A stretch of 63,139 nucleotides of DNA, filler included, from Chiloscyllium plagiosum (GCF_004010195.1; 4 parts of one record of this genome joined end to end with filler, not necessarily neighbours in it); one strand, 5' to 3'; positions 23,311 through 35,928 are shown, counted from the whole stretch's first letter. Notes: generated by a model from the sequence alone, not told the origin. Made by a program: numbers and translations.

Positions 23311-26300
23311 TAGAACATAAAACATTTCAGCGCACTACAGGCTCTTCGCCGCTCGATGTTGCACCACCCTGTGAAGCCAATCTGAAGTCCATCTAACCTA
23401 CACTATTCCATTCCCGTCCGTATGCCTATCCAATGACCATTTAAATACCCTTAAATTTGGCGAGTCTACAACTGTTGCAGGTAGTGCGTTCCACGCCCCT
23501 ACTACTCTGAGTAAAGAAACTACCTCTGACATCTGTCCTATATCTATCACCCCTCAATTTGAAGCTCTCCATCACCATCCTCGGAAAAAGCCTCTTACTG
23601 TCCACTCTATCTAATCCATTCAACCTTCTTCTAACAAAAACAGCCTCAAGTCCCTCAACCTTTCCTCATAAGCCCTTCCCTCCGTACCAGGCAACATCCT
23701 AGTAAATCTCCTCTGAACCCTTTCCAAAGCTTCCACATCCTTCTATAATGCGGTGACCAGAACTGCACACAAGTGTAGCTGCACCAGAAGTTTGTACAGC
23801 TGCAGCATGACCTCATGGTTCTGAAACTCAATCCCTCTACTAATAAGAAGGCATACAGTGTGTTAACCTTTAACAGCCCTATCAATCTGGGTGGCGACTT
23901 TGAGGGATCTATGTACATGGACACAGAGATCTCTCTGCTCATCTACAATTTCAAGAATCTTACCATTAGCCCAGTACTCTGCATTCCTGTTACTCCTTCC
24001 AAAGTGATTCAGTTCACACTTTCCTGCATTAAATTCCATTTGCCACCTGTCAGCCCAGCTCTGCAGTTTACCTATGTCCCTCTAACCTACAACATCCTTC
24101 AACACTATCCACAACTGTACTGACCTTCGTGTCATCCTCAAATTTACTAACCCATCCTTCTTTGCCCTCATCCAGGTTGTTTATAAAAATGACAAACAGC
24201 AGTGGACATAAAATAGATCCTTGCAGAACACCACTAGTAAGTGAATTCCAGGATGAACATTTCCCATCAACCACCACCCTGTATTCTTTCAGCTACCTAA
24301 TTTCTGATCTAAACCGTTAAATCACCCTTAAAACCCATGCCTTTGTATTTTGTGCAATAGCCTATCATGGGGAACCTTATCAAATGCCTTACTGAAATCC
24401 ATACATACCAAAATCAACTGCTTTACCCTCGTCCACCTGTTTGGTCACCTTCTCAAAACACTTTTAGGGTTTGTGAGGCTCGACCTACACTTCACAAAGC
24501 CGTGTTGACTATCCCAAATCAATTTCTTCCTATCGAGATGATTATAAATCGTCCCTCTTATAATCCTTTTCACACCTTACCCACAATCTATGTAAGGTTC
24601 ACAATTACCAAGGTTGTCTCTACTCCCCTTCTTGAACAAGGGAACAACATTTGCTATCTTCCAGTCTGCTGGTACTATTCCTGCAGACAATGACGACAAA
24701 GATCAAAGCCAAAGGTTAGACAATCTCCTTCCTAGCTTCCCAAAGAATCCTAGGATAAATCCCATCCAGCCCAGGGGATTTATCTATTTTCACACTTTCC
24801 AGAATTTCTACTACCTCCTCCTTGTGAACCTCAATCACATCTAATCTAGTAACCTGTTTCTCAGTATTCTCTTTGACAATATTGACTTTTTCCAATGTGA
24901 ATACTAACGAAAAATATTCATTTAGCGCTTCACCTATCTCCTGGACTCCATGCACAACTTCCCACTACTGTCCTTGATTGGCCCCAGTCTTACCCTAGTC
25001 ATTCTTTTGTCCCGTATATACCTATAGAAAGCTTTAGAGGTTTCCCTGATGCTATCCGCCATCAACTTCTCATTTCACCTCTTGGCTCGTCTTAGCTCTC
25101 TCTTTAGGTCTTTTCTGGCTCCCTTGTAACTCTCATTAGCCCTAACTGAGCCTTCACATCTCATCTTAACATAGGCCTTCTTCTTCCTCTTGACAAGAGA
25201 GTCAACTTCCTTCATAAACCATGACTTCTGCACTCAACCACGTCTTCCCTGTCTGACAGATGCATACTCATCAAGGACACACAGGTAGCTGTTCCTTGAA
25301 TAAATTCCACATTTCTATTGTGCCCGTTCCTTGCAGTTTCCTTCCCCATCCTATTCATCCTAAATATTGTCTAATCGCATCGTAATTGCCTTTCCCCCAG
25401 CTGTAGCTTTTTCCCTCCAGTGTATACCTATCCCTTTCCATCGGTAAAGTAAACATAACTGAATTGTGGTCACTATCACCAAAGTTTAAAAATGTGTTGC
25501 TGGAAAAGCGCAGCAGGTCAGGCAGCATCCAAGGAGAAGGAGAATCGACGTTTCGGGCATAAGCCCTTCTTCAGGCTTATGCCCGAAACGTCAATTCTCC
25601 TTCTCCTTGGATGCTGCCTGACCTGCTGCGCTTTTCCAGCAACACATTTTTAAGCTCTGATCTCCAGCATCTGCAGTCCTCACTTTCTCCTACTATCACC
25701 AAAGTGTTCACCTACTTCCAAATCCAATACCTGGCTGGGTACATTCCCCAATACCAAAACTAATGTGGCCTTGCCCCTTTTGACCTGTCTACATACTGTG
25801 TCAGAAAACCCTCCTGTACACAATGGACAAAAACTGACCCATCTAAAGTAATTAAACTATAGTATTCCCAGTCAATATTTGGGAAGTTGAAGTCCCCCAT
25901 AACAACTACCCTGTCACACTCCTATCAAGAATCATCTTTGCTATCCTTTCCTCTACATCTCTGGAACTATTTGGAGGCCTATAGAACACTCCCAAATGGG
26001 CGAACCTCTCCTTTCCTGTTTCTAATCTCAGCCCTTAAACGTCTTTTCTGCAGCCATAATACTGTCCTTGACTAACAATGCCACACCCTCACCTCTTTTA
26101 CCATCTTCTCTGTTCTTACTAAAACATCTAAATCCTGGAACCTGCAACAACCATTCCTGTCCTTGCTCTACCCATGTCTCTGAAATGGCCACAATGTCAA
26201 AATCCCAGGTACTGACCTATGCTGCAAGTTCACCCACCTTATTCCAGGTGCTCCTGGCATTGAAGTAGACATACTTCAAACCAACCTTTTGCTTGCTGGT

Positions 26301-27330
26301 GCCCTCATGTGACTCTGTAACCTTATATTGGACCTCTCTACTCTCAACCTCCTGTTTACTCGAACTACAATTTAGGTTCCCATCACCCTGCTGAATTAGT
26401 TTAAACCCACCCGAAGAACATTAGCAAATTCCAACCCGCCCCCCCCCCCCCCCCCCAGGATATTGGTACTCCTCTGGTTCAGTGAAGACCATCCTGTTTG
26501 TAGAGGTCCCACCAACCCCAGAAACAGCCCCAATTATCCAGGAATCCAAAACCCTCCCTCCTGCATCATCCCTGTAGCCATGTGTTCAAATCCTCTCTCT
26601 CCCTATTTCTCGCCTCGCTAGCACGTGGCACGGGCAACAAATCAGAGATAACAACTCTGTCTGTCCTTGCTCTAAGCTTCCACCCTATCTCCCTGAATTT
26701 CTGCCTTAAATCCCCCTCCCTCTTCCTACCTATGTCATTAGTGCCTATGTGGACCACGACTATGGGCTCCTCCCCCTCCCCAGCAAGGTTCCTGAAAACA
26801 CGATCAGAGACATCATGAACCCTGGAACCTGGGACACAGCACACTAACGGTGAGTCTCTCTCGTTTCCACAGAACCTCCTGTCTGTCCCCCTAACTATGG
26901 GGTCCCCAATAACTCATGTTCTGCTCATCTCCCTCCCTTCCCTTCTGGACAACAGGGACAGACTCTGTGCCAGAGACCTGTTCCCCATTGCTTACCCCTG
27001 GTAAGTCGCCACCTACCCCCAACAGTATCCAAACGGATTTGTTGCTGAGGGGAACGGCCACAGGGGATCCCAGAACTGCCAGCTGGTTCCCTTTCCGTCT
27101 CCTGTCCATAACCTATCCACCTTTTTCCTGTACCTGAGGTGTGACTACCTCCCTATAGCTCCTCTCAATAACCCCTCTGTTTCCCAAATGATCCGAAGTT
27201 CATCCAGCTCCAGTTCCCTAACGCGGTTTTTGAGGAGCTGTAACTGGGTGCACTTCCCTCAGATGCAGTCGGCAGGGACACTTGTGGTGACCCTTACCTC
27301 CCACATTCTGGAGGAAGAACATTCAACAGT
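23311..27330 (-). mobile_element. Near-full-length decayed CR1 LINE (ORF1 SGNH esterase + ORF2 APE/RT)
   Basis: ORF1 peptide CCVPGSRV...VVVHIGTNDIGR...VVISDLLPVP. ORF2 peptides DKSPGLDGIYPRIL, GVLQGSILCPLLF...SKFEDDTK and CVQFWSPHYR. Confidence 0.9.
25486..25691. mobile_element. Fold-back PLE pLTR insertion with perfect 14-bp TSD, nested in CR1
   Basis: ~80-bp near-perfect inverted arms around CTTCTTCA. TSD ACTATCACCAAAGT at 25472-25485 and 25692-25705. Hammerhead core on minus at 25542-25575. Confidence 0.93.
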
Positions 27331-30300
27331 TGTAATTATTAGTCAGTTTTAGGCTGTAAGTCAATAACAGATTTTCTTCAGAAGCTGGTTTTGTAACCAA
27401 GTGAAACATCTGGTGTGCAATTGACTAAATAGAAGCATATTTGTGAGTATTAACTCTCAGCAATTACTATTTATGATGATCATGCAAATGGGATGATTTG
27501 TTTTTAAGAAAGCATCATTAACATCAAGGCTGCAACATTTGCTGCCAGGCTATGCTTCACAGTGACAAGTTTAAAATCCACCATCAACAGATAAATCATT
27601 CCAAATTTAATCACGCCCTTCATTCTTCCAACATGCTACAAACATGATCTGTGTTTAAAACTCACAAATAAGAGATAAAGTTTTTCCGCAAATCTACTTA
27701 CTAAAATTCACTCCCTACACATTCATTATTCGCAAAGTAATTCACAGCCAAGGGACTGTTACATCACGTCACTGGATATTGGAAACTTTGAGTAATTCGT
27801 GCTCAGGTGCCCACTATACATCCCCAAGAACTCATTACATTCTACACACTACTATAGAGATCACTGACAGTTCAAATCCCAAGTCCCTATTATTGGTACA
27901 TTTTCAGAATTTCAAAATTTCAGACCAATTTTCTATATTGGTCTAACTTACAAATATAGACAACACTGAGGAATTTGAGATTATCTTTACAAACTGCACT
28001 TCAAATGCATCTGCTGCTTTTAAACAACAAGGAGAAGAAGCTACACAAGATAATCCCAAATGGATTTGAACATTTTTACGGGTGATGCATCAATTAGATT
28101 AGGTCTTAGAAGTCCTTCTCCAGTCTATCTTTTTTGATGGGCAGTGGATGAAGGGAAATGAGCTGCCCACAATGTATAACACAATAAACACACTGCCACA
28201 GAGCAGAAAGCTCACAGACTCAATCCCCAACCTGCTCCAAATTGGCTGCTTTCAAATCAAAGTGACAGATTGGAACAGCTCAATGCATCTAAACATCCCA
28301 AAGCTGCAGCAAGCGAAGTATATTCATTATATACAGTCGCACCCCCGATCATTGTTCAGTAGATTCCTCATATAACACACAAGAGTATAAGGACATTATT
28401 CACGGATGGGAGTGGGTTCGGTAGCGATATTTCAAAAGTCTAATCGCCCTGTTGAGGCATCAGGAGTTTCCACTTCAATGACAGTGTTGCAGAGACATGC
28501 AGTAAGAATTAAAGGTTTTCCAGACAGAAGGAAACTTTGAGAAATGGACAGCAACAGAATCAAGGACTGCTACTACCAGTCTTGACAATTTAAATTATTT
28601 TAATATAAAAAGAATTCTCTATGTATTCAGATCCAAGTTCTCACTTCACTATCATAAACAAGCAGAAAGCAGACCGACAAAGTCTCATTTATCAAATTTC
28701 CTGTAACTTTTTAAAGATAGAAATTAGCAGCTTTTTGTTTTGACACCCCATTTTTGATTGCAAGCTCTTTGCCTCCACCCACCCATCCTCCGCTCTGCAA
28801 TGCGGTGAAAAAGACCGCCTGCGCTCTCCTCGCGGCTCAAGCAGAATCATCCACTCGATCAAATCGCTGTGGTGTCACGAGAAACGTTCCAATCCATTCC
28901 TCTCCGACCCACCACCACATATCCACCGCAACCTCCACCCCCACTTCCAATCTGCTTTCTGATGCACATGAACCTGAATTGAGAGCTGTGTGTTTTTCTT
29001 TTCAAGTTATTTCGCTGAGCTTCGCAATTCTGTGTTCATGCCACAAATGGTCTCATCATGTTGCAGTAGGTGAATTGACCAACCACTTCAATAGACAGTA
29101 GGGCATAGAAGGTGCATCAGAATTTAAAGCTGCATTTAATTTGAAAAATTAGTTTTAAACATGCAAAACCATTTTTAGATGCAACCGTGAACACAATGAC
29201 AGGTTGCGCTCTCAATCTTTGGCTCATTTCTCTGCATTTCCCATCAATAATTGCAAACTCAAACCAATATAGCAACCTCTCACTACTTTCTCCCCTAAAT
29301 CCCAGACCGTGCTGTTTTATAATAAAATTGAGCATATGTTTAATATTTCAAGTTTAATATTTTAGTTCAGATTTACAAGCATTTTTCTTTCATAAAAATA
29401 CTGTGAAATAAATTGTCACGTTTCCTCCTATATTCTGCATTCCTATGCAAACAATAGCCTTCAAATGGATAGAAGCTTCCGTGAAAGGAAACAAATAATT
29501 AGAAAGCTTTTAATTACGAAGACTGCTTTCTTTAAAAAAAGTAAACTAGTGATTAAAGGTTAGCAAGACCTGAGGGAGGAATCTAACCCACTGAAAGTCA
29601 AATGCTCACATTACTCGCCCTGCCTCGGTTCTCTGGCCATTTTATTTGAATTCTCCTGCTAAATCAGAAGAATGAGCAGAGACGTCCGGCTCTGACCCCT
29701 GACTGCAGCAGTTTCTCCAATTAACCATCAAGTGCTGTTTCTGCATTTCCAAACCTCTTGCCCACCCACCTTCAAATAAACAAAAAAAAAACAATCACAA
29801 AGGAAGTTACTGCAAGCTGCAGCAAGGCAATCCTGGAAGCCATGGACCAAACACTGCAGATGTGGAGGCATCAACAAATAAAGAAATACAGCTTGAATTT
29901 GTCCCAAAGAGTTAACATGCTGTTCCTTTACCCCCATACTCAAGAGTCAGTGGAATATGAAGCAGATTAAAACATTCATTCTGGGATTTGCAGTTACTGA
30001 CGCAGGCTGCTTGTCAACTAAATCATCTAACAAATATCATATTTCTTCCATAAGTGCTAAATTTTGCTATTTAATTCATATTCCTCAATATTTCAGGTTT
30101 TTAGCATAGCAGACAAAAATGACTGAATTATCAGATGTTAAATGTAGGTATGTATTCCAACATTAAATTTACAACTGTGCCACATGAATTACTTAATTTT
30201 TAAAAATATATTTGACTTAAAATCACTATCGCAATTCATGTAATGTTCCAAATGTAACCAAGAAATGCACTCTCCCTCTCTTTTTCACACAACTACTCGC

Positions 30301-30820
30301 GGGAGAACACATGAAGAAGTCAGTTCTGTTTCAGCAATATTCAATAAAGTTACTTCACTGAATTGAGTTTAAAATAAACAAATATTTCTCAATAACATTG
30401 CAGTCTTCGAGGTTGGGTTAGAACCTTTCCAAAACAAAGCCTATAGTAAACCACAAATGGGTGGACTGTGAGAGCTCGATGATGGCTGCTCCTTGGGCTC
30501 TTGTGCAGTGAGCACCCAAGGCAGAGCAAATTGAAAGTTGCTGGTTTAATGTTCAATCTCCGTAGCTTGAGGCTTGTCTTGTGAGCACATCGGACAGATA
30601 AGACTGGCTCCTTTCGACATTCTGCCAATTACTGTTCACAACAGTCATGCTAGACAAATAACATCAATGCATCTTACCAAGAGCCAACTCGAAACTTACA
30701 AAAACCCCAAAATGAGGGACAAAAACAAGAATTGGAGCAACTTCAGTATCATCCTATGAATTTTCTATACACAGGATAAATATCTGGATTCTTTTTAAAA
30801 GAAAAAAAGAATGTTCGTAG

Positions 30821-30864
30821 AAAATAAACACATACAGATTACTTTGTGAATTAGCTCTTTTATT
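30821..30864 (-). terminator. Candidate mafA polyadenylation signal
   Basis: AATAAA on minus at 30859-30864, followed ~20-40 nt downstream by GT/T-rich TCTGTATGTGTTTATTTT. Other AATAAA hexamers occur nearer the stop (e.g. 31538-31543, 32811-32816). Confidence 0.45.
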
Positions 30865-33043
30865 TTGAGATTGTTGCAAGCGCCAGCAAATGGGGTTCGG
30901 GGTGGGGGGGAATAAAAACAATTCTCTGTTGCAGGTTTTACGAATCTGGCACCTGCTGTGCTAATTTTCTCCTTACACAAACGTAGCGATACAATTGAGC
31001 CGCTAAGTCATTTTTTGGTGTTCTTCAAAAGTAGAGTGAGCATGCAGCAAAACTGGAGCCTCACCCTCTTTGCCGGGAAGAAATAAAATATTTACAATCA
31101 AATGTTTAGTTGACTAAATTTACATAAAAGAGTCCATATTACTTATATAAATAAATAGAGATGACACTGCACTGTACAGTATGGCACCTGCCACATTGGA
31201 TTTCACTATTTTTAAGAAAGATTTTCAATAACCAGTTTTTATCAGTTCCCATCATTCTTCTCTTCCCCCCACCCCCCGCCACTCCCCTCCCCCCCCATTC
31301 TAGAATCTTCTCATTCACAACAGAATCATTTGCCTTTCTGATCCCCAAACCCATCCCACTGAAACGGTAAAGACAAAACAGCTTGTTGGTGGCTGGGGTA
31401 AGGAAACAAAATAATAATCGATTTCTTCTTTTGCAAAACCCAATTACGATTCATTTATAGTCACGTTGTTTCAATTATAAAATATTCTGATCTTTTGATT
31501 ATGTGCAAGATAAATGGAGTGGAATTTCAAAACTGAATTTATTTTTAAAATTAGTATAAATTCCAAAACAAATCTTTAAAAATTCAGGAAGTTTTTCAGC
31601 AATTCCTATAGTAGGTCAGAGTTAAGTAACATCATCTAATTACTGGCAATACCCGCATTTCATTAAAAAGCTCGACGATCATTGTTTTAAAAATGTCCAG
31701 GATGTATTTACCAATATATGATATCAGACTGCATTAATCCAGTGCCTCTCCCACTCTTCTCAGTAAAGATTCTGCACCCACCCCCAACACAGCAATGTGC
31801 AATTTCCTACAAAGACTTCTGTCCCGCAATGATGGGAAATATTTAATTCCTATCTGATTTAAAACAAAACACACTGATTTTTAAAACCTGAGCTATATCC
31901 TTCCAAATTCCCCCCCCCCCCTCCATCCCACCCCCCATTCATCTCCCACCCAAGACTAAAAACAGCAATCATCTCAACAATAATAAATTAAAAACAAAGT
32001 TTCTTAAAAAAAAACAAGCCTTATTTATAAAAACAAATTCGGCTTCTGATAGTGCAGTAGGCTTTTATCTACATTTTTAAATGACTTTCATTTTCATTTC
32101 TTTACATTATCTGCATGCTCTTAATTATAAAGTTCTTTATGACTCAATCAGGCAAAATATAGGCTCAAAATGAAATAAAATGGGCAGATACCTAAAACAT
32201 TCTATGTACAAGTCTAATGCAGTTAAATATTCAAGATTTTTCCCCCTCTAAACCTGGCTTTATACAGTATTTCTTTTTAAAAGGAAAAATGTAAAATCCT
32301 ACAGCAGCCGCACCCAGTCCAACTCATCCCAAAGGGTGAGATCACTTGCAAGGTCAGATCTCACTGGATTTTCCCTACATTGTTGCAGGACATTTACAGC
32401 ATTTTCAAACATTAGTCCACAACATGACTATGTTTAATCCTGGTGTTGCTCTCCAATGATGCTCAGAAATTAAGTAAAATCAAAATTAAAACAAGGAGTC
32501 ATGCTTTTTTTTCTCTCCCTCCCAACAGAATTGGGTACAAAAAAGAGAAAGTACTTTAAACGCCGTACATGTCCAGCATGCAGGATTGGATTGGATTTAA
32601 AAAGTCCACTTTTGCTTGAAACTCACAATTTTTTCGTAACATTTCTCTCGTGATTCAAAGTCTCTCTTTTCCCCCGTAAAAGTTCTGAGTCCTTTTTTGT
32701 ATATATTCCTCCTTTTGGCTTAATCTCTCTCCTCTTTCTTCTTACTGAGTTCGTAAGCTTTCTTTCACTTCTTTTTTTCCTCATAAATATATTTTTCAAC
32801 AGAAAAATGTTTTATTTTAAACTTCCATTTTCCAATATTAGCACTCTTCTGAAATGAGACGGTAACATTTCCATTTATCATCCAAACTAAACTCGAAGCA
32901 TCTGCAGGATATGTCCTGCTTATTTGTCTCTTTTTTTTTCAAAGTTATTTACAATAGTCATTTTTTCACTCCCTCTTCTCGGAAGGGTTTTGTTGAAAGT
33001 CACCTCAAAAGTACTGTTTTTGTTTTGACTCCAAGCGCCCCGC
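30840..33043 (-). other. mafa: Putative mafA 3'UTR (~2.2 kb)
   Basis: AT-rich, repeat-free, T-tract-rich on the sense strand between the stop codon and the candidate polyA site. Confidence 0.5.
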
Positions 33044-33892
33044 TTACATGTAGAACTCGTTGGAAGAGGAAGTGTTTTTGTTTGGGTTTGGGGCCACTGT
33101 AGTTGGCTCCCTGTAGCTCCTACTTGCCATCTTCTCGTACTTCTCTTTGTAGACGTCCCGCTCCTTGGCCAGCCTGGCCACCTCTTGCTTGAGCTGGTCC
33201 ACCTGCTGCTGGAGCAGGGACTTCTCGCTCTCCAGCATGTGCCGCTGCTGGACCCTCTTGTAGCGGCAGGACTGAGCGTAGCCCCGGTTCTTCAGGGTCC
33301 TCCTCTTCTGCTTCAGGCGGATAACCTCCTCCTTGCTGAAGCCCCGCAGCTGCCTGTTGAGCTCCCGCACCGACATGCTCACCAGCTGGTCGTCCGAGAA
33401 ACGATCCTCCAGGCGCAAGTGGTGGTGGTGGTGGTGATGGTGGTGGTGGTGGGGCGGGCCAGGGTGCGGGTGGTGCCCGCTGACGGGCACCTCCTCGCCG
33501 GGGTACTGCTGCGCCCGGTAGCCCTCGAAGTGGTGGTGGTGGTGGGCCTGGGAGCTGCCGATCAGCGCCTCCACCGCGTCCTCGGGGGTCAGGTTCAGCG
33601 CCTCGGGGTTGAGGTGGTGCTGGTAGTTGCTGATCCAGTACAGGTCCTCCAGGTGGTGAGCCTTGTTGGCGCTGCCCGGGCTCGGGGCGCACAGGCTGGG
33701 CGAGGAAGGCACCGAGCTGCACGGCGTGCTGATGGGGGTGGAGGACAGCGAGCCCGGCAGCCGGTTGCAGTAGCGTTCCGCCTCGGGGGGCTCCTTCTTC
33801 ACCTCGAACTTCATCAGGTCGAAGTCATTGACGTACTCGATCGCCAAGGGGCTGGTAGGCAGGTCGGTGCTCATGCCGAGGTCGGAGGCCAT
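33044..33892 (-). CDS. mafa: Transcription factor MafA (large Maf bZIP), single exon, 282 aa
   Basis: N-terminus [35 protein letters not shown] is MafA-type (EPPEAER). Also [19 protein letters not shown] degron, [19 protein letters not shown], His tracts, [23 protein letters not shown], basic region [20 protein letters not shown] and leucine zipper. Start context GCCATGG. Confidence 0.95.
   Translation of the reverse strand: MASDLGMSTDLPTSPLAIEYVNDFDLMKFEVKKEPPEAERYCNRLPGSLSSTPISTPCSSVPSSPSLCAPSPGSANKAHHLEDLYWISNYQHHLNPEALNLTPEDAVEALIGSSQAHHHHHFEGYRAQQYPGEEVPVSGHHPHPGPPHHHHHHHHHHHLRLEDRFSDDQLVSMSVRELNRQLRGFSKEEVIRLKQKRRTLKNRGYAQSCRYKRVQQRHMLESEKSLLQQQVDQLKQEVARLAKERDVYKEKYEKMASRSYREPTTVAPNPNKNTSSSNEFYM
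33419..33451 (-). repeat. (CAC)n coding microsatellite, His11
   Basis: 10 CAC plus 1 CAT codons. Confidence 0.95.
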
Positions 33893-34636
33893 GGCAAGTT
33901 CATATATTTAGGAGAAAGAGGGAGAGTGAGAGAGAAAGTAATACCGGGACCACACGGCAGGCAAGTTACAGAGAAGGGGTTCGAGACACCGGAATGAAAT
34001 CTCCCTGTTCCAGGGGGTTACAGCCACTCTCAGTCCTGGAAAGAATCTTCCTGATTAAACTCCTCTCCAATTTTCCTTTCTACTGCATGCAAAATGTAAA
34101 ACAAAGTCAAATTTAAAATAAGTTTTGTTTTGTTTACCTTGTGTGCAACTTGTGCATGCGGCAGCTCAGCTTAAAATTATTTTTTTTAAGGATCAAAAGA
34201 GCTTTTCCTGGTCTTATTGCAGCCAAGTCTCCCACTGTTTTCTTTTATTCTGCTCGCCTTTTCACTCTCTGTTAAATGTTGCCGCTCTCCGGTCGCCACG
34301 GCGTTTTATTATTTTTTAAAAAATCAATGCTCTCTCGTTCCTCACTTGTCAGGAAAACTTTGCGATCGAGCGTCCGTGGGAAAAGGTCTAAGTGCGAACC
34401 TCCAGTGGGTTCCCTCTTTCTGGATCAAGAAGCGCAGAGTTGCTGCATTCGCACAGCCCGGCTGAGACGTGCCACTCTCAGGAACAGGTTAACCATCGGT
34501 CTCCCCACCGCGGCTGCCTTTTGAATTGGAAGTGTGTCAATTGGAGGGTTTGTTTTTATTTGCACCAGTGTCGGGGACTCACGCCTCCCGCTCGCCCAGC
34601 CCTGAGTGAAACAGCTCCCCGAGCTCCTGGAGCTCC

Positions 34637-34790
34637 TTTTATAGCACCCCGCTGATCGACACGCCTACAAGGGCGGGGTGAGATCACCCTCCACCAATGG
34701 GCAATGACCTCGGAGGTTTGATTTGCATTACACCATGGGGACCTCCCCGGGGAGTGAGGGGGACCTGTCAATCAATCCATCCATCAATCA
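34637..34790 (-). promoter_or_regulatory. mafA core/proximal promoter
   Basis: TATAAAA on minus at 34637-34643 (TSS expected ~34610), GC box 34671-34678, CCAAT 34694-34698, TGACCT 34705-34710, octamer ATTTGCAT 34721-34728 and TALE motifs 34765-34790, in CpG-rich context. Confidence 0.75.
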
Positions 34791-35714
34791 TCCAAGGGAT
34801 AGAGCGGCAACTACCTCCCTATGTCTGCAACAAGCTTCCAAGGGGGGGAGGGGAGATAATAATACACAAATAATTTTCGGAGCATTCTGAAGAATAAAGA
34901 GCTTAAATCTGTTTAGTTAACTCTTGAAGAGATTATTAAAAAGCAATCTTCCGTCGATTTAAAGCCGCGAGTGGACAGAAGATGAACATTTTGTAACTAG
35001 TCAGCTATTTCCTTTATTCCCTCATTTTTTTTCCGCTTAGGGACCAACTCTGAACTTAAAGTAATTCAACTTGTTCAATATAACACATCGTATTAATCAC
35101 ATCCGTGGATGTAATTAAAATATCATAAAATACTTAAAATTCTAACTTGATTCATTTCTCTACAAAGGGCTGGACACTCCTTCAGCTCATGCTTATGAGG
35201 ATAGTTAAGAAGGAGACTGCAATCTGGCTTCTTACTCTCCCACCATTATATAGTAACATGGATAATAGACAGGGAAGCGTCGTTTTAGTGATTTTTGTGA
35301 ACTCGGATAAGATCGAGAAGGCTGGAAGGTGGCTTACGAAGATTGTTTTTAATTAAAGTGAATTTTACTACAAAAATTAAAACGTAACTAACCTGACATT
35401 ACAAATATTTTTAAAAAGTCCTATTGATATGATTAACATATCTCATTATTGCTAGTCTGCAACTTTGTCATTTTACCCTAACATTCTCCCCTGCTGTACT
35501 CACAATACTGGTGGATGTTATCCAAAAGATAGACAATGAGTACCAGCAATATATTAGGCTTAGAGAGAGAGACATCACAGTTCAATACAGATTGACAAGG
35601 CATGTCAGCCTGGAGGTTTCCCTGCCACACTGTTGCCGATGCCAGCTTTTGAATAAGTCTTTCAGATTGTTGTAAAAAATCCCATGCCACTATTTGACGA
35701 GCATTAGCACGAAA

Positions 35715-35928
35715 TTCTCATTAGTGTCCTGTACCACATTCATCCCTCAACCAATATCACTAAAATGGATTCCCTGGTCATTAATTTAATCATTTTTTGT
35801 GGAATCATGAAATGTGCAATTGATTGCTGTGTTTTGAACATTATAGTGACTACAATTCATAAGTATTGTCCACAGATCACTTGGACATGAAGAGTTTATG
35901 AAAGACACTATATAAATGTAAGTCTTTC
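35715..35928 (+). mobile_element. Old DeuSINE/SacSINE-like 3' portion
   Basis: CCCTCAACCAATATCAC..CTGGTCATT..AGTGACTACA..TGAAAGACACTATATAAATGTAAGTC; related piece at ~58430-58620. Confidence 0.5.

Noticed and set aside
26439..26456. C18 homopolymer near the CR1 ORF1 end
   Set aside because: Simple slippage expansion in a dead copy; absent from the homologous position at 44035-44050.
33185..33997. 270-aa antisense ORF and 200-aa alternative-frame ORF (33120-33722) over mafA
   Set aside because: Expected shadows of a GC3-rich, repetitive coding sequence; non-ATG starts and no recognisable domain.
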